Notes: generated by a model not told the origin, from the letters alone. Numbered from the stretch's first letter, positions 31,313 to 42,202 are shown. The stretch is DNA of 64,000 nt from Porticoccaceae bacterium (GCA_029250825.1 JAQXEN010000025.1:3698-67697), one strand, 5' to 3'. Translations and numbers: made by a program.

Positions 31313-32383
31313 ATGAAAAAATGCTATATAACCTGCATAAGCGTCCTAGTATTAGTCTTGGCCACCTACAGCCAGCGCGTCCCTATAATGCTGAAAATAC
31401 TCCCCACTGTCCTCGATAAAAGGCTAGCGGACCAACCTTTGGCAGCATTGCCCGATGGCTTGCATATTAGTCTCTGCGGCGCCGGTGGTCCTATGCCTAG
31501 CAACAATCGCTCCGGCCCCTGTGTCGCGGTGATGGCTGGAGAGCAACTATTTATTGTGGATGCGGGCACCAATGGCGGGCGCAATCTTACTCGCATGGGA
31601 ATAAATCCGGGCCATATAGACGCGCTATTTCTCACCCACTTCCACTCGGATCATATAGATGGCCTAGGTGAAATGGCGATGTTGCGCTGGGTCACTGGCA
31701 ACAACAGCCGCCCACTGCCAGTTTATGGCCCCAAGGGGGTTATTTCAGTGGTTGGCGGTTTTAATCAGGCCTATGGGCGAGACGCGGGGTACCGTACTGA
31801 TCATCATGGGACTGCTGTTACGCCACCCAGTGGCGCTGGCATGAGCCCCATCAGCATTGATCTGCCGCCCCCCGGGGAGTCTATGTCAATTTATTCCAAT
31901 GACAATCTGCAGATCGAAATAATCAGCGCCGATCACTTTCCGGTGACACCCGCCGTGGCCTACAAATTCACTTATAAAGGCCGCAGCCTGCTTATCTCTG
32001 GTGATACGGTTAAGTCTGCGGCCATTGAAAAACATTCGGCAGGGGTTGATCTGCTGATTCATGAGGCACTGTCCACAAAGCTGGTAGTGCTGATGGCAGA
32101 GTCTGCGGCACGGTTAGGCAACCCCTTGCAAGAAAAGCTCTTCAACGACATTCACGACTACCACACCACCCCTGTGGAAGCTGCCGAGATCGCTCGGGAT
32201 GCGGATGTCGGTCATCTGCTCTACTACCATGTTGTGCCTCCGCTAATCGCACCGGGTATGGAGTCGGTCTGGCTTGAGGGTGTAGATCAAGTATTTTCAG
32301 AGGTCACCGTGGGAGAGGACGGCACTCGGATTTCACTGCCGGTCAATTCCACTGAAATTATTCTTTATGGATCGGCTCTTTAG
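31313..32383 (+). CDS. MBL-fold metallo-hydrolase (RNase Z/ElaC-like subgroup) with N-terminal signal/anchor
   Basis: HxHxDH motif THFHSDHIDG. The ATG at 31313 behind AAAGGGAGAG is preferred over the track start at 31178. Confidence 0.75.
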   Translation: MKKCYITCISVLVLVLATYSQRVPIMLKILPTVLDKRLADQPLAALPDGLHISLCGAGGPMPSNNRSGPCVAVMAGEQLFIVDAGTNGGRNLTRMGINPGHIDALFLTHFHSDHIDGLGEMAMLRWVTGNNSRPLPVYGPKGVISVVGGFNQAYGRDAGYRTDHHGTAVTPPSGAGMSPISIDLPPPGESMSIYSNDNLQIEIISADHFPVTPAVAYKFTYKGRSLLISGDTVKSAAIEKHSAGVDLLIHEALSTKLVVLMAESAARLGNPLQEKLFNDIHDYHTTPVEAAEIARDADVGHLLYYHVVPPLIAPGMESVWLEGVDQVFSEVTVGEDGTRISLPVNSTEIILYGSAL

Positions 32384-32407
32384 CAGCAGAGCCAAAGGTA
32401 AAACAGC

Positions 32408-32866
32408 ATGGATTTAAGTAGCCTTTTCCCTCAGCAAGCCAACAATGACTATCGTGGCAGCAAGATAGCACTGTTTGTGTTTCCACTAATCGCTCTGGTG
32501 ATTTTGGGTCGCAGCCTGATTCACTTTCTGAAAGGCGACGCCGGAATTAACTCCATTGCTACCATTATCACCTTTGATGGATCACCGGACCCCGATCAGG
32601 TGATCTATTTATTCGCCTCACTCTGGGGATCACAGCAAGTGATAATGGCGCTGCTCTACGCTGTGGTATTGCTCAGGTACCGCGCGCTGATTCCATTGAT
32701 GTACCTGCTGCTGCTGATCGAAATAGGTTTTCGTCTAATCAGCGGCAGCCTGCATCCCCTAACGGAAATCTACTACCTACGGACACCACCGGGCGGCGCC
32801 GGCAATATCCCGTCTTTGATTGCTATATCAGTCCTGCTACTGCTGTCCCTGCGCCGCTCGTCCTAA
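32408..32866 (+). CDS. hypothetical integral membrane protein
   Basis: 152 aa with about four predicted hydrophobic helices, 24 nt downstream of the MBL gene. No recognisable motif. Confidence 0.5.
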   Translation: MDLSSLFPQQANNDYRGSKIALFVFPLIALVILGRSLIHFLKGDAGINSIATIITFDGSPDPDQVIYLFASLWGSQQVIMALLYAVVLLRYRALIPLMYLLLLIEIGFRLISGSLHPLTEIYYLRTPPGGAGNIPSLIAISVLLLLSLRRSS

Positions 32867-33136
32867 AACCCAATCGATGCTGGAGTATGCGCCAGTGTTG
32901 GGACTAATCAGTCACCAGTTGCCATTTACAGAGCCCTGACTCAGGCGGATACTGAAGTGATAGGCAAAAGAGTGTTTTCGCCCTACAATCAGAGCGAAGC
33001 AATAAGCTTGTAGCCAAAAGTTTTTAGCATAAAGTTTGTACAAGAGAGCTCTCACCAAAGAGCCCATACCGACACACTACCAAAAGAAAACCAGCGCAAC
33101 GTTAAACAACTTAACCGGCGCGCACAGGGGAACACT

Positions 33137-35353
33137 ATGCTTTTACGCACGCTCACCAGTCTCACAACTTGCGCACTCCTCGGGCTATCAAGCCTCGCCG
33201 CTGCTCAAGCCACCGTAGTCAATGAACAGTCAATCACCAGTCCCGATGCCGAGTGGCTCAGTTATGGCCGGGATTATCAAGAACAGCGCTTTAGCCCGCT
33301 GGACAAGGTTAATCGCGACAATGTCGATGAGCTGGATCTGGCCTGGTCATTTAAATTTGAAACTGCCCGCGGTATGGAAGCCACGCCTCTAGTACACAAC
33401 GGTGTGATCTATGTGAGCACCGGCTGGAGCCATGCTTATGCTCTCGATGCCCGCACCGGGGAAGAACTCTGGCACTTTGATGCCAAGGTGCCCAAATCCC
33501 ATCTGATTAAAACCTGCTGTGGTCCCGTTAACCGCGGCGTGGCTATCTGGCAGGAGGACGAAAATTCCCCTCTGCAAGTATTTCTCGGAGCCTTGGACGG
33601 TCGCTTGATCGCCCTAGATGCCCTGACCGGCGAACAGAACTGGTCGGTGCAAACCACTCCGCCAAACAGTAACTACAGCATTACCGGTGCACCCCGTGTA
33701 GTTAAAGGCATGGTTGTGATTGGCAATGGCGGCGCCGAGCTAGGTGTCCGCGGCTATGTCAGCGCCTTTGATGTCAATACTGGCGAGCAAAAGTGGCGCT
33801 TCTACACGGTTCCTGGGGATCGCAACAAGCCTCAAGAGAGCCCAGCCCTGGAAGCCGCTCTGGAAACCTGGAACGGTGACGAATGGTACACAGTGGGCGG
33901 CGGCGGTGGCGGCACGGCTTGGGATTCATTGGTTTATGACCCCGAACTAGACTTGCTCTATATAGGCACAGGTAATGGTTCCCCTTGGAACCGCGAGCTG
34001 CGCAGCCCCGGTGGCGGCGACAACCTCTACCTCAGCTCAATTGTGGCACTGCGACCCGACACCGGTGAATATGTCTGGCACTATCAGGTTACACCCAGAG
34101 ACAACTGGGATTACACCGCCACTCAGCAGCTAGTGCTGGCCGAGTTAGAATTGGAAGGTGAAACCCGCAAAGTGATTATGCAGGCGCCTAAAAATGGCTT
34201 CTTCTATGTCTTAGATCGCATGACCGGTGAGTTGCTCTCAGCAGAGAAATTCGCCAAGGCAACCTGGGCCAGCCATATCGATATGCAAACTGGCCGCCCT
34301 GTTGAGACGGAATACGCAGACTATCAAGCCAATGGCGGCAGCTATATCTGGCCCGCCCCTTTTGGCGCCCACAACTGGCAGCCAATGACCTACAGCCCTA
34401 AAACCGGTCTGATGTATATTCCAGTTCAAAATGTCCCCACCTTCTTTAGAGGTATGGATGCTGTCAGCTATCAGGTTGATCGCTGGAACACTGGTATTGA
34501 TCTCAATGAAGTGCGCGATCCCAAAAGTTGGGTTGCCGGTCGCGCTGCAGTGGACGCTCTGATCTACGGTGAGCTGGTCGCCTATGACCCGGTCACGCAG
34601 CAGCGCGCCTGGTCCGTCCATCACCCCAAACCCTCCAATGGAGGCATTCTCAGCACCGCCGGTGACCTGGTATTTCAAGGCACTTGGGGTGGCAAATTTG
34701 CGGCCTATGACTCCACCAATGGCGATATTCTCTGGCAGTACCAATCGGATAGCGCCGTGTTAGCTGGCCCCATGACCTATGAGTTAGATGGCGAGCAATA
34801 TATCGCCGTAGCTCAGGGCAGCGGTGGCGCTCTGATGCTTGCCGGTGGCGATGAAGTTAAGCGCAATTTTGTCAATCAAAACAAGCTGTTAGTGTTTAAG
34901 AAAGGTGACTTTAACCTCACTCAGCCAATTCAGGATAATGGCGAATCGGTGATTATGGCTCTAGGCCACGAGGCCAATGATGACCCAGATGTTATTACCC
35001 GAGGTGAAGAGCTCTATGGTCGCAACTGTGGTTCATGCCACGGCATCAGTGCAAAAACCAACTATGTACTGCCGGACTTGCGCCATATGAGTGAGCAGAC
35101 CCATATCGATTTTACTGCGATTGTATTGGGTGGCGCCTATGCCCACAAAGGGATGGCCGGTTTCTATGCAAGCCTGACCTCTGAAGATGTGGATGCGGTG
35201 CACGCCTTCTTAGATCGCCAGCAACAGCGACTGCCAGAAATGGTGGAGATGTCATTCCTGCAGAAGATCGAGTACTGGGTTAATTATGGCATTGCCAAGA
35301 TTGGTGAGCGCTATCCAGGCCTGCTGAACGCGACCCGCGATATGACGATGTAG
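33137..35353 (+). CDS. quinohaemoprotein PQQ-dependent alcohol dehydrogenase (type II, with C-terminal cytochrome c domain)
   Basis: 738 aa with a signal peptide ending AAAQA, the vicinal Cys pair KTCCGPVNRG typical of PQQ-ADH, repeated W-motif propeller blades, and the C-terminal haem motif CGSCHG. Confidence 0.85.
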   Translation: MLLRTLTSLTTCALLGLSSLAAAQATVVNEQSITSPDAEWLSYGRDYQEQRFSPLDKVNRDNVDELDLAWSFKFETARGMEATPLVHNGVIYVSTGWSHAYALDARTGEELWHFDAKVPKSHLIKTCCGPVNRGVAIWQEDENSPLQVFLGALDGRLIALDALTGEQNWSVQTTPPNSNYSITGAPRVVKGMVVIGNGGAELGVRGYVSAFDVNTGEQKWRFYTVPGDRNKPQESPALEAALETWNGDEWYTVGGGGGGTAWDSLVYDPELDLLYIGTGNGSPWNRELRSPGGGDNLYLSSIVALRPDTGEYVWHYQVTPRDNWDYTATQQLVLAELELEGETRKVIMQAPKNGFFYVLDRMTGELLSAEKFAKATWASHIDMQTGRPVETEYADYQANGGSYIWPAPFGAHNWQPMTYSPKTGLMYIPVQNVPTFFRGMDAVSYQVDRWNTGIDLNEVRDPKSWVAGRAAVDALIYGELVAYDPVTQQRAWSVHHPKPSNGGILSTAGDLVFQGTWGGKFAAYDSTNGDILWQYQSDSAVLAGPMTYELDGEQYIAVAQGSGGALMLAGGDEVKRNFVNQNKLLVFKKGDFNLTQPIQDNGESVIMALGHEANDDPDVITRGEELYGRNCGSCHGISAKTNYVLPDLRHMSEQTHIDFTAIVLGGAYAHKGMAGFYASLTSEDVDAVHAFLDRQQQRLPEMVEMSFLQKIEYWVNYGIAKIGERYPGLLNATRDMTM

Positions 35354-35361
35354 AACAAATG

Positions 35362-35398
35362 GCTGCATCCCGGTGACCACTGGGATGCAGCATTTTTC
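35362..35398 (+). terminator. rho-independent terminator after the PQQ-ADH gene
   Basis: GCTGCATCCC (35362-35371) pairs with GGGATGCAGC (35382-35391) and is followed by ATTTTT. Confidence 0.6.
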
Positions 35399-35428
35399 TG
35401 CTATTGAAGCTCATTGTGAACTTTGTTT

Positions 35429-35517
35429 AAAAAAGCACCTTTAAACAGCATCTTTAAAAAGCACCTCCAAAGAGCATATTTAAAACGTCTCTCGAAACAC
35501 TTATCAAAGCACCTGCT
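35429..35517. repeat. degenerate 13-bp tandem repeat (about 7 units, AAAAAGCACCTTT-like) in a convergent intergenic spacer
   Basis: Units read directly: AAAAAGCACCTTT / AAACAGCATCTTT / AAAAAGCACCTCC / AAAGAGCATATTT / AAAACGTCTCTCG / AAACACTTATC / AAAGCACCTGCTC. Confidence 0.5.
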
Positions 35518-35525
35518 CAATAACC

Positions 35526-36353
35526 TTAGCTTCCGGTATACACCGGCGGGCGTTTTTCCCCAAAGGCATGCATTGTTTCGTGCATATCATTTGATTTCAA
35601 ACTGGTCATCATCGTGAACAGGCCATTTAATAATAGGCTTTGCTCAGTGGTCAGATCTTCACTCTGCTGCAGTATAAACTTGGTACCGCGCACTGCCAGA
35701 GGTGGGTTGGCGGCGATGGTATTGGCCATTTCCATAGCCGCAGCATAAGTACTTTCAAAGTCATCATAGACATCGTTTAGCAGACCAATTTTTTCCGCTC
35801 TGGCGGCACCTATATCTTTGCCGGTATAGGCCAACTCAGCCATATGTCCGGCACTGATAATTTTTGGCAGTCGCTGCAGAGTTCCCACATCAGCCACCAG
35901 ACCGATACGTGTCTCGCGCACACCGAATTTACCGTCCGCAGCGCCAATACGCACATCACAGGCGGTAATCAGATCAATACCCGCTCCCAAGCAATAGCCC
36001 TGAACTACCGCAATCACCGGCAGCTGGCATTTGGCCAGCGATGAAATTGCCTCTTGGAAGGCGGTGGTAAAGCCCAGCTGATTTAAATTAGCCACTGCTT
36101 CAGAGGGAGCCTCTTTACTCTGTGCAGCATCCAGACCACCGGCCATCAAATCGATACCGGCACAGAAATGTTTGCCCCGTCCGGCAAAAATAATCGCCCG
36201 GATATCGCTATCCCCGGCCAGTGCATCCAGAGCTTGCGGAATTGCACGCCATACATCGGGGGTCAAGGCATTAAATTTTTCTGGACGATCCAGCCACAGC
36301 GTGCCCACCGCACCGTTTTTTTCAATTGACACTACATCTGAAGAAAAGGCCAT
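35526..36353 (-). CDS. enoyl-CoA hydratase/isomerase family protein (ECH1/dienoyl-CoA isomerase-like)
   Basis: 275 aa; RPEKFNALT ... GKHFCAGIDL ... crotonase fold. Confidence 0.8.
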   Translation of the reverse strand: MAFSSDVVSIEKNGAVGTLWLDRPEKFNALTPDVWRAIPQALDALAGDSDIRAIIFAGRGKHFCAGIDLMAGGLDAAQSKEAPSEAVANLNQLGFTTAFQEAISSLAKCQLPVIAVVQGYCLGAGIDLITACDVRIGAADGKFGVRETRIGLVADVGTLQRLPKIISAGHMAELAYTGKDIGAARAEKIGLLNDVYDDFESTYAAAMEMANTIAANPPLAVRGTKFILQQSEDLTTEQSLLLNGLFTMMTSLKSNDMHETMHAFGEKRPPVYTGS

Positions 36354-36443
36354 TTTAAAGGCACTCCTATATTAAGTAATTTAAGTTTTATTTTGTTTTT
36401 ATATGATGGCTTTTTAGCAAAGCCCGCCTGTGAAAAGCAGTGC

Positions 36444-38246
36444 CTAATAACCGGCACTGCCATCCATAATCTTGTCGTAGAGATCCCGTTCAAGTTTTTG
36501 ATACTGACTGGCACGGGGCGGCATAACATAGAGTTCGTCAGTGACTAAATCCACATGAAAGGCCTGCTTGCGCAAATTTCCCTTGAGTAATTTAAAAGTG
36601 CCAGTGGTGGCAGCTTCAGGTTGCACCCGAACAAATACCGGCTGTGAAAAATGCGTCAGATTGGCGTTAACAAAAGTCGAAAAGGCCTCCGCATCAAACT
36701 CTTGCCCGGGCTTCAGCAGCAGCGACACCATACCCGCCTTACCCTCTGTGGCCGGTATATCAACACCGTAGACATTGGCCATCTCCACCTGTTCGCAGCC
36801 ATTTAGAATCTCCCCTACTTCATTGGTGGAGACATTTTCAGAACGCCAGCGGAAGGTATCACCCACTCGATCGACAAACTGATAATGGGGTTTGCCAAGG
36901 GCGAATCCCACATCGATCTCAGAGATCAAATCACCGGTGTTAAACCAGGCATCCCCCGGCTTAACCACATCCCGAAGAACTTTTGACTCGGTGGCATCGT
37001 CATTGGTGTAGCCATCAAACTTAAAGCGGTCATCGATTTCACCGAGCAGCAATCCTGGCTCTCCAACCGGCACTTGGATCAGCTTGCCATTGGCGTCGCG
37101 GACCATTTCGTCAGCATCAATATCGTATTTGACCAACATCACCGTGGCTGGCGTGATGCCCATAGTGCGGTTCTTATTCAAGGCATTGAAAAAGCTCACA
37201 TTACCTTCACTGGAGCCATAGAATTCACAGACGCGCTCAATACCAAAACGTTGCTTAAATTCATCCCAAATATCTGGGCGCAGACCATTGCCAAACACCC
37301 GCGTGAGGCTATTATTTTGTTCAAAGGGCGACACTGGCTGGGCCAGCAGATAGCGACATAGCTCACCCACATAAATAAAGTTGGTGGTCTTGTATTTGTG
37401 TACATCGGACCAAAACTCCGACGCAGAGAAACGTCTGCGCAGAAATATCGACGCGCCGGTATAAAATGCACTGCCGATACCGCAAATCAATCCGGTGCCA
37501 TGAAACAGCGGCAGACAGAGATAGAAGCGATCGCTGGGTTTAGCCTGACAGCCAGCAAGACCAAAGGCATGGGCTGCGGACATCCATCGGCGGTGGGGAA
37601 TCTTCGCCGCCTTGGGCATACCGGTGGTACCAGAGGTGAAGATATACATGGCTGTAGAGCCTGCCAAAATAGTCTTGGTATCCTCTAAATTGGTTGTCGG
37701 ATACTGCTCCAACACAGCGACAATATCTTCGGCGTTTGTCGGTACCGGGTTGCTGCGTTGATCCGCAACCCAGAGAATATCCTTGTCACCCAGTGCTAAG
37801 TCGCCACGCACGGCATCGAGGTTGCTGTAGATCTCCTCTCCCACCAGACACTTGCTAGAACCGGATACCGTGACACAGTGAGCCAGCTGTGCGCCGGTCA
37901 GTGCATAGTTAATCAGACTCGAGATTGCGCCAATTTTTTGCAGGGCAAAGGTGCAGGCCAGCATCTCAATGCGGTTTTCCATAATCAGTGACACGCAGTC
38001 GCCGCGTTGCACACCGCGGGCTATCAAGGCATGGGCGATCTGATTGGTAAGAGCGTTAAACTGGCCCCAAGTGAGTTCCCTGCCCTCAAATATAATCATG
38101 CTGCGGCCAGCGTATTTGGCCACTGTGTCCTCGAGTACCGTAGCCATAGAAACAGCGTCTTCATTGGATGGCGGCTTAACCGCTAGAATCGGAACCAGCT
38201 TAAGGAACTCTTTGGTGACGCGAAAATATTCTTTAAAATCAAACAT
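36444..38246 (-). CDS. long-chain acyl-CoA synthetase (FATP/very-long-chain type, AMP-binding)
   Basis: 600 aa with the AMP-binding motif YIFTSGTTGMPKAA and a later TGDL motif. Confidence 0.85.
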   Translation of the reverse strand: MFDFKEYFRVTKEFLKLVPILAVKPPSNEDAVSMATVLEDTVAKYAGRSMIIFEGRELTWGQFNALTNQIAHALIARGVQRGDCVSLIMENRIEMLACTFALQKIGAISSLINYALTGAQLAHCVTVSGSSKCLVGEEIYSNLDAVRGDLALGDKDILWVADQRSNPVPTNAEDIVAVLEQYPTTNLEDTKTILAGSTAMYIFTSGTTGMPKAAKIPHRRWMSAAHAFGLAGCQAKPSDRFYLCLPLFHGTGLICGIGSAFYTGASIFLRRRFSASEFWSDVHKYKTTNFIYVGELCRYLLAQPVSPFEQNNSLTRVFGNGLRPDIWDEFKQRFGIERVCEFYGSSEGNVSFFNALNKNRTMGITPATVMLVKYDIDADEMVRDANGKLIQVPVGEPGLLLGEIDDRFKFDGYTNDDATESKVLRDVVKPGDAWFNTGDLISEIDVGFALGKPHYQFVDRVGDTFRWRSENVSTNEVGEILNGCEQVEMANVYGVDIPATEGKAGMVSLLLKPGQEFDAEAFSTFVNANLTHFSQPVFVRVQPEAATTGTFKLLKGNLRKQAFHVDLVTDELYVMPPRASQYQKLERDLYDKIMDGSAGY

Positions 38247-38298
38247 AGACAGACAGCCTGTTATTTTTATTACTATTGTTTTTACTACTGCTATTGTT

Positions 38299-39075
38299 TT
38301 AGCCCAAACCGATAATTTTTTTCATCAGTTTATTCATACCACCAATCCAGCGATCATAGTTACTGGTTTTGTTGCGCATATAATCCAGCACAATTGGATG
38401 GGGCAAGATCATAAAACTTTCGTCTCGCAAACCTTCGACAACGGTGTCGCAAAGCTCCTCGGGTTCAATCATGCCATCGCTGGCAGCTGCGGCTGTGGCA
38501 TCGTTGTCATTATCGGTCATTGCCGTGCGCACCGCCTGAGGACAGAGCATAGATACCACGATGCCCTCGTGCTTGTGATGAATTGCCAACCACTCGCCAA
38601 AGCCTACGGCAGCGTGTTTGGTAACACCATAGGCGGCACCGCCAATCTGATTTAACAGACCCGCTGCTGAAGAGGTGTTAAGGAAATAGCCGCCACCCCG
38701 GGCAACCATCAATGGCAGTAGATGACGGGCAGCATAGATATGCGACATAACATTGATATCCCAGCTCATCTGCCATTCTCGGTTTGATGAGTTAATACTT
38801 TCACCCATGCCGACACCGGCATTGGAGCAAAATAGATCGATCGGACCAACGTTGTTTTCAGTCTCTTGGATAATCCGTTGGATATCCTCTTCTTTGGATA
38901 CATCCGCACTCATGGCAATGCCATCGATCATTTCGGCAGTGGCCTGAGCACCCTCTATATTGATATCCACTGCAACCACTTGTTTGGCACCTTCGGCTTT
39001 AAAGCGAATCGCCATTGCTCGGCCAATACCACTGGCGGCGCCAGTGACAACGATAATTTTGTCTTGTAGTTCCAA
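38299..39075 (-). CDS. short-chain dehydrogenase/reductase (SDR)
   Basis: 258 aa with VTGAASGIG, NAGV and YGVTK. Confidence 0.85.
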   Translation of the reverse strand: MELQDKIIVVTGAASGIGRAMAIRFKAEGAKQVVAVDINIEGAQATAEMIDGIAMSADVSKEEDIQRIIQETENNVGPIDLFCSNAGVGMGESINSSNREWQMSWDINVMSHIYAARHLLPLMVARGGGYFLNTSSAAGLLNQIGGAAYGVTKHAAVGFGEWLAIHHKHEGIVVSMLCPQAVRTAMTDNDNDATAAAASDGMIEPEELCDTVVEGLRDESFMILPHPIVLDYMRNKTSNYDRWIGGMNKLMKKIIGLG

Positions 39076-39133
39076 GTTTTTCCCCTCTGTAGTCGGCTAG
39101 TTGAATTTGCCGAGCTAAATTATTTTTATTGTT

Positions 39134-39193
39134 TTAGCGCTTCTTATTTTAGTACTTTTTATTTCAGTGCCTTTTATCTTGATGCTGATTTTT
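39134..39193. repeat. 15-bp tandem repeat x4 (TTAGCGCTTCTTATT-like) between the TetR and SDR genes
   Basis: TTAGCGCTTCTTATT / TTAGTACTTTTTATT / TCAGTGCCTTTTATC / TTGATGCTGATTTTT, head to tail. Confidence 0.55.
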
Positions 39194-39232
39194 CTGCCTC
39201 TACTGACCACATACTGCTTGCTGCCATCCGAA

Positions 39233-39823
39233 TTACTCAGCGACAACCAGAGCATTTACCATCTGCACCACAATACCTATGGCGGCCTTTTTGCTTAAAT
39301 TCTGGTGGTCACGAAGACGGTTCCAAAACTCAAAAGAGGCAACGCCATGGATTGCCTCGCAGGAACTGGGATCAAGATTGGCCAACTCCGGTAGCCAGTC
39401 GTGAAGATTTTTCCGCAAACCGCGCTGATAGCGCTCATAGTTTTTGCGTAGGGTGGAAAAGCGCCAGCGCAGAGCCAAGGTTGAAAGCATTACATTGCCA
39501 TAGAGTTCATAGCCTTTAGCGCGCTGCTCCACCGCATGCAAAATACGCTCTTCCAAGGTTCCCTTGCGATCACCGCCCAAAAATATATCTTCATAGCGCG
39601 CTCGGCGTGTTTCATCTGCCAGAATAAAAATACTTTCCATGTCTTCAAAGTGTCGAAAGACACTGCGAATCCCCACACCAGCCCGCTCAGACACCTGCTG
39701 TGCCGTGGGAATTAAAGTGCCCTCGGTAATCATATCCAGGGTCGCCTCAATAATTGCTCTCCTGCTGCGCTCACTGCGCTGGCGGCGCCCGTCAGGGACT
39801 GTGCTTGTGGATGGGGTAGTCAT
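39233..39823 (-). CDS. TetR/AcrR-family transcriptional regulator
   Basis: HTH region IIEATLDMITEGTLIPTAQQVSERAGVGIRSVFRHF. The ATG at 39823 with an AAGG RBS 7 nt upstream is preferred over the GTG at 39841. Confidence 0.8.
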   Translation of the reverse strand: MTTPSTSTVPDGRRQRSERSRRAIIEATLDMITEGTLIPTAQQVSERAGVGIRSVFRHFEDMESIFILADETRRARYEDIFLGGDRKGTLEERILHAVEQRAKGYELYGNVMLSTLALRWRFSTLRKNYERYQRGLRKNLHDWLPELANLDPSSCEAIHGVASFEFWNRLRDHQNLSKKAAIGIVVQMVNALVVAE

Positions 39824-40015
39824 AATATTGCCTTTACACACTTTGTATCTGTTGATATCTAATGCTATCTATCCGATAAATACCCCTCTCAACGCAGCAA
39901 TACAGCGTGATCGGGCTGATTTATAGTATATGTCATTATCCCGGTTAAACTAAGCCAACTGGCCGATTACTCCACATCAATGAACATTAAAAATAAGTTA
40001 CTTAGGGCCAAACAC

Positions 40016-41059
40016 TTAGGCCGGGGGAAATAGCAACTCACAGCCGGTTCCCTCAAGCACTAAATCCACCCGCCGGCGATCATCGTCGCTCAGTTCTCCA
40101 TAGGCTTGATTAATCCACTTGAGACACTTCCCCTGATAAGAGAATGTCTGCTGAGTCCAGTTTGCACCGTCGATCTCGGTTTGCCAGTTTTTCTCGCCAG
40201 CCTGCAATGCCCGAGCATTGGCCAACAGCGCTGGAACATACATGCGCCCAACTTCACGAAGCAGGCCGCCAAGAGATTCTGGCTGCTGCTCAAGGGACTT
40301 CCACTGTGCCTGATGTTCTTCTAAACCACTTAAATCCGCCATCCGATCGACCCAGGCTACGGTGCGAGTAGACACCCGATAAGCGATCTCCCGAGGAGTG
40401 GGGTCAAAACCCACCAACTGAGTTAACTGACCATAGAGCGCAAAGTCACCAGCGCCGGGGCGACCACCCAACATATAGGGCTGCTGCGCCAGATGGGCTT
40501 CCATCGCGGCGAGAAAGCGCCGGTAGCTAGCATCAATAATGGGTGCCGTGATGTCATTGGAACCCACCACATAAAGGCGTCCAATTTGGCGCTCAGCAAA
40601 ATGCTGCTTAAACCGTTTGTGTTGCTCAGCCGGCAGGCTGACGTTGTAGCCCAGAGGTAACAGGGTTCCGGCATTGTCTGCATCAGCCTCTGGGTGCCAG
40701 CGATAGTGGAACATATATTTGGTACACCACTCGTCTGCGAAATCCTCGAGCAAATAGTCAATAAACGCCAGTGCAGGGTCAACAGGGATTACTGAACGGC
40801 CGGGAAAACTTTGTTCTAGACGCCGAATAATAGGTGTTGAATCACAGACTGCCTCGGCCTCGCCGCGGTCGTTATCGAAGACAAATGTTGGCAGCAAAGC
40901 CGGCTTCGGCGGCTCAATGCCCATGGGCGGCAGGATCTGCTCCGGCATGCCCCACTTAAGACTGTAGGGAATGCGCCGATAGCGCAACAGAGCAACCATC
41001 TTATGGGTATAGGGTGACGGTGTTGCGCCGATCAAAGTAATAGGCTTTGGAGATATCAT
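40016..41059 (-). CDS. glutathione S-transferase-fold protein (long form), paralogue of 6150-7169
   Basis: 347 aa; shares LLEDFADEWCTKYMFHYRW and the N-terminal thioredoxin-like segment with the 6150 gene. Confidence 0.7.
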   Translation of the reverse strand: MISPKPITLIGATPSPYTHKMVALLRYRRIPYSLKWGMPEQILPPMGIEPPKPALLPTFVFDNDRGEAEAVCDSTPIIRRLEQSFPGRSVIPVDPALAFIDYLLEDFADEWCTKYMFHYRWHPEADADNAGTLLPLGYNVSLPAEQHKRFKQHFAERQIGRLYVVGSNDITAPIIDASYRRFLAAMEAHLAQQPYMLGGRPGAGDFALYGQLTQLVGFDPTPREIAYRVSTRTVAWVDRMADLSGLEEHQAQWKSLEQQPESLGGLLREVGRMYVPALLANARALQAGEKNWQTEIDGANWTQQTFSYQGKCLKWINQAYGELSDDDRRRVDLVLEGTGCELLFPPA

Positions 41060-41098
41060 AACTTTATGCCCTGTTAATCCCGATTCTGTGACCTTGAA

Positions 41099-42202
41099 TT
41101 ATTCACCCTCAGCGGTGAGGGATACAATCTGCCCAGCGACAGGATCTGCCCTGCCCGCCAGTACCGCCTGATAGGTTTTATCTATCGCCTCGACACCATA
41201 ACTGGGCACCACCGTCATCCAGCCGTCGCAGAAGCGCCGGAACACGGCATAGTCGGTACCCAGTAATTGCATCAATTGCTGAGCGCCGAGCTCGGCACTG
41301 CGCGCCCGCACGTGAGTCGGGGCAAAGAAAAATTGTGGTTTGGCTCCAGGCAATCCCTCTACGGAACCCATTTCACCCTGATGGGTGGCTCCGATAAGAC
41401 AGGAGTGCATCAATTTGTCGGCATACTGATGGTGCAGCGCGCTAAGGACCTTGGCATTACCCGCCATATCCACCACCACGGCGCCCTCTGCCCCATTGAG
41501 ATCGGTAATATCCTGATAGCAAATAACAGTGTCATAGCAGCCTAAGCTTTCGCAAAAAGCCACATTGCCCGGAGAGGTGATGCCGATACTGCGCAGCTGG
41601 CCCCGCCGTTTAACCGAGTGTCCCAAGGCAATGCTAGTTTTGCTTGAGGCACTGGTAATCAAACAGACCTGGGCGTCAAAAAAGTTATTGGTAGCGATAA
41701 AGTCTTCTACCAGCCAAGAGGTCATAAACAGGCCACGCAGCAGACTATCTTGGTCTTCCCGCGGCTGTTCATAGACAGGGTTGCTGCTAGCACGATCAAA
41801 CTGACAGTAGATCGGCGCGTGGCCAACGCGATGAACTGCCACATCGCTCAGGGAAAATTGATTGACCTTGCCGGCAAGAATTTTGTGATGGGTTGTAAAG
41901 GGGGTAAAACCCCAGACCCGCTCGCCCACCTGTATGTCCGGATGAGCAGAGGCGATTACTTCACTCCAGCCCATTCCCGGCACGCGGCCCCAGCCCTCTT
42001 CGGCGGGAAAAAACTCCCAGTACTTGAGACTGTCCCCGGCAGAGATGTATGAGATATTGTTCGCCGTTAGAGCCTGTCGATCAACCTTAAATAAAACTTC
42101 ATTAGGCGCCAACTGAGTAGACATGGACTGGCTAAAAATACGCGTCTCAGTCCAGCTATCTTTGCGCACTTCGAATGTAATCACCGAAATATTGTTTTCC
42201 AC
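41099..42202 (-). CDS. DUF2855 family protein
   Basis: 367 aa. VLFKVDRQALTANNISYISAGDSLKYWEFFPAEEGWGRVP matches my recollection of the DUF2855 N-terminal signature. Confidence 0.6.
   Translation of the reverse strand: MENNISVITFEVRKDSWTETRIFSQSMSTQLAPNEVLFKVDRQALTANNISYISAGDSLKYWEFFPAEEGWGRVPGMGWSEVIASAHPDIQVGERVWGFTPFTTHHKILAGKVNQFSLSDVAVHRVGHAPIYCQFDRASSNPVYEQPREDQDSLLRGLFMTSWLVEDFIATNNFFDAQVCLITSASSKTSIALGHSVKRRGQLRSIGITSPGNVAFCESLGCYDTVICYQDITDLNGAEGAVVVDMAGNAKVLSALHHQYADKLMHSCLIGATHQGEMGSVEGLPGAKPQFFFAPTHVRARSAELGAQQLMQLLGTDYAVFRRFCDGWMTVVPSYGVEAIDKTYQAVLAGRADPVAGQIVSLTAEGE

Noticed and set aside
35423-35617. 64-aa ORF spanning the 13-bp repeat region.
   Set aside because: Its lysine-rich repetitive peptide derives from A-rich repeats in a convergent terminator region, and it overlaps the 3' end of the crotonase gene on the other strand.
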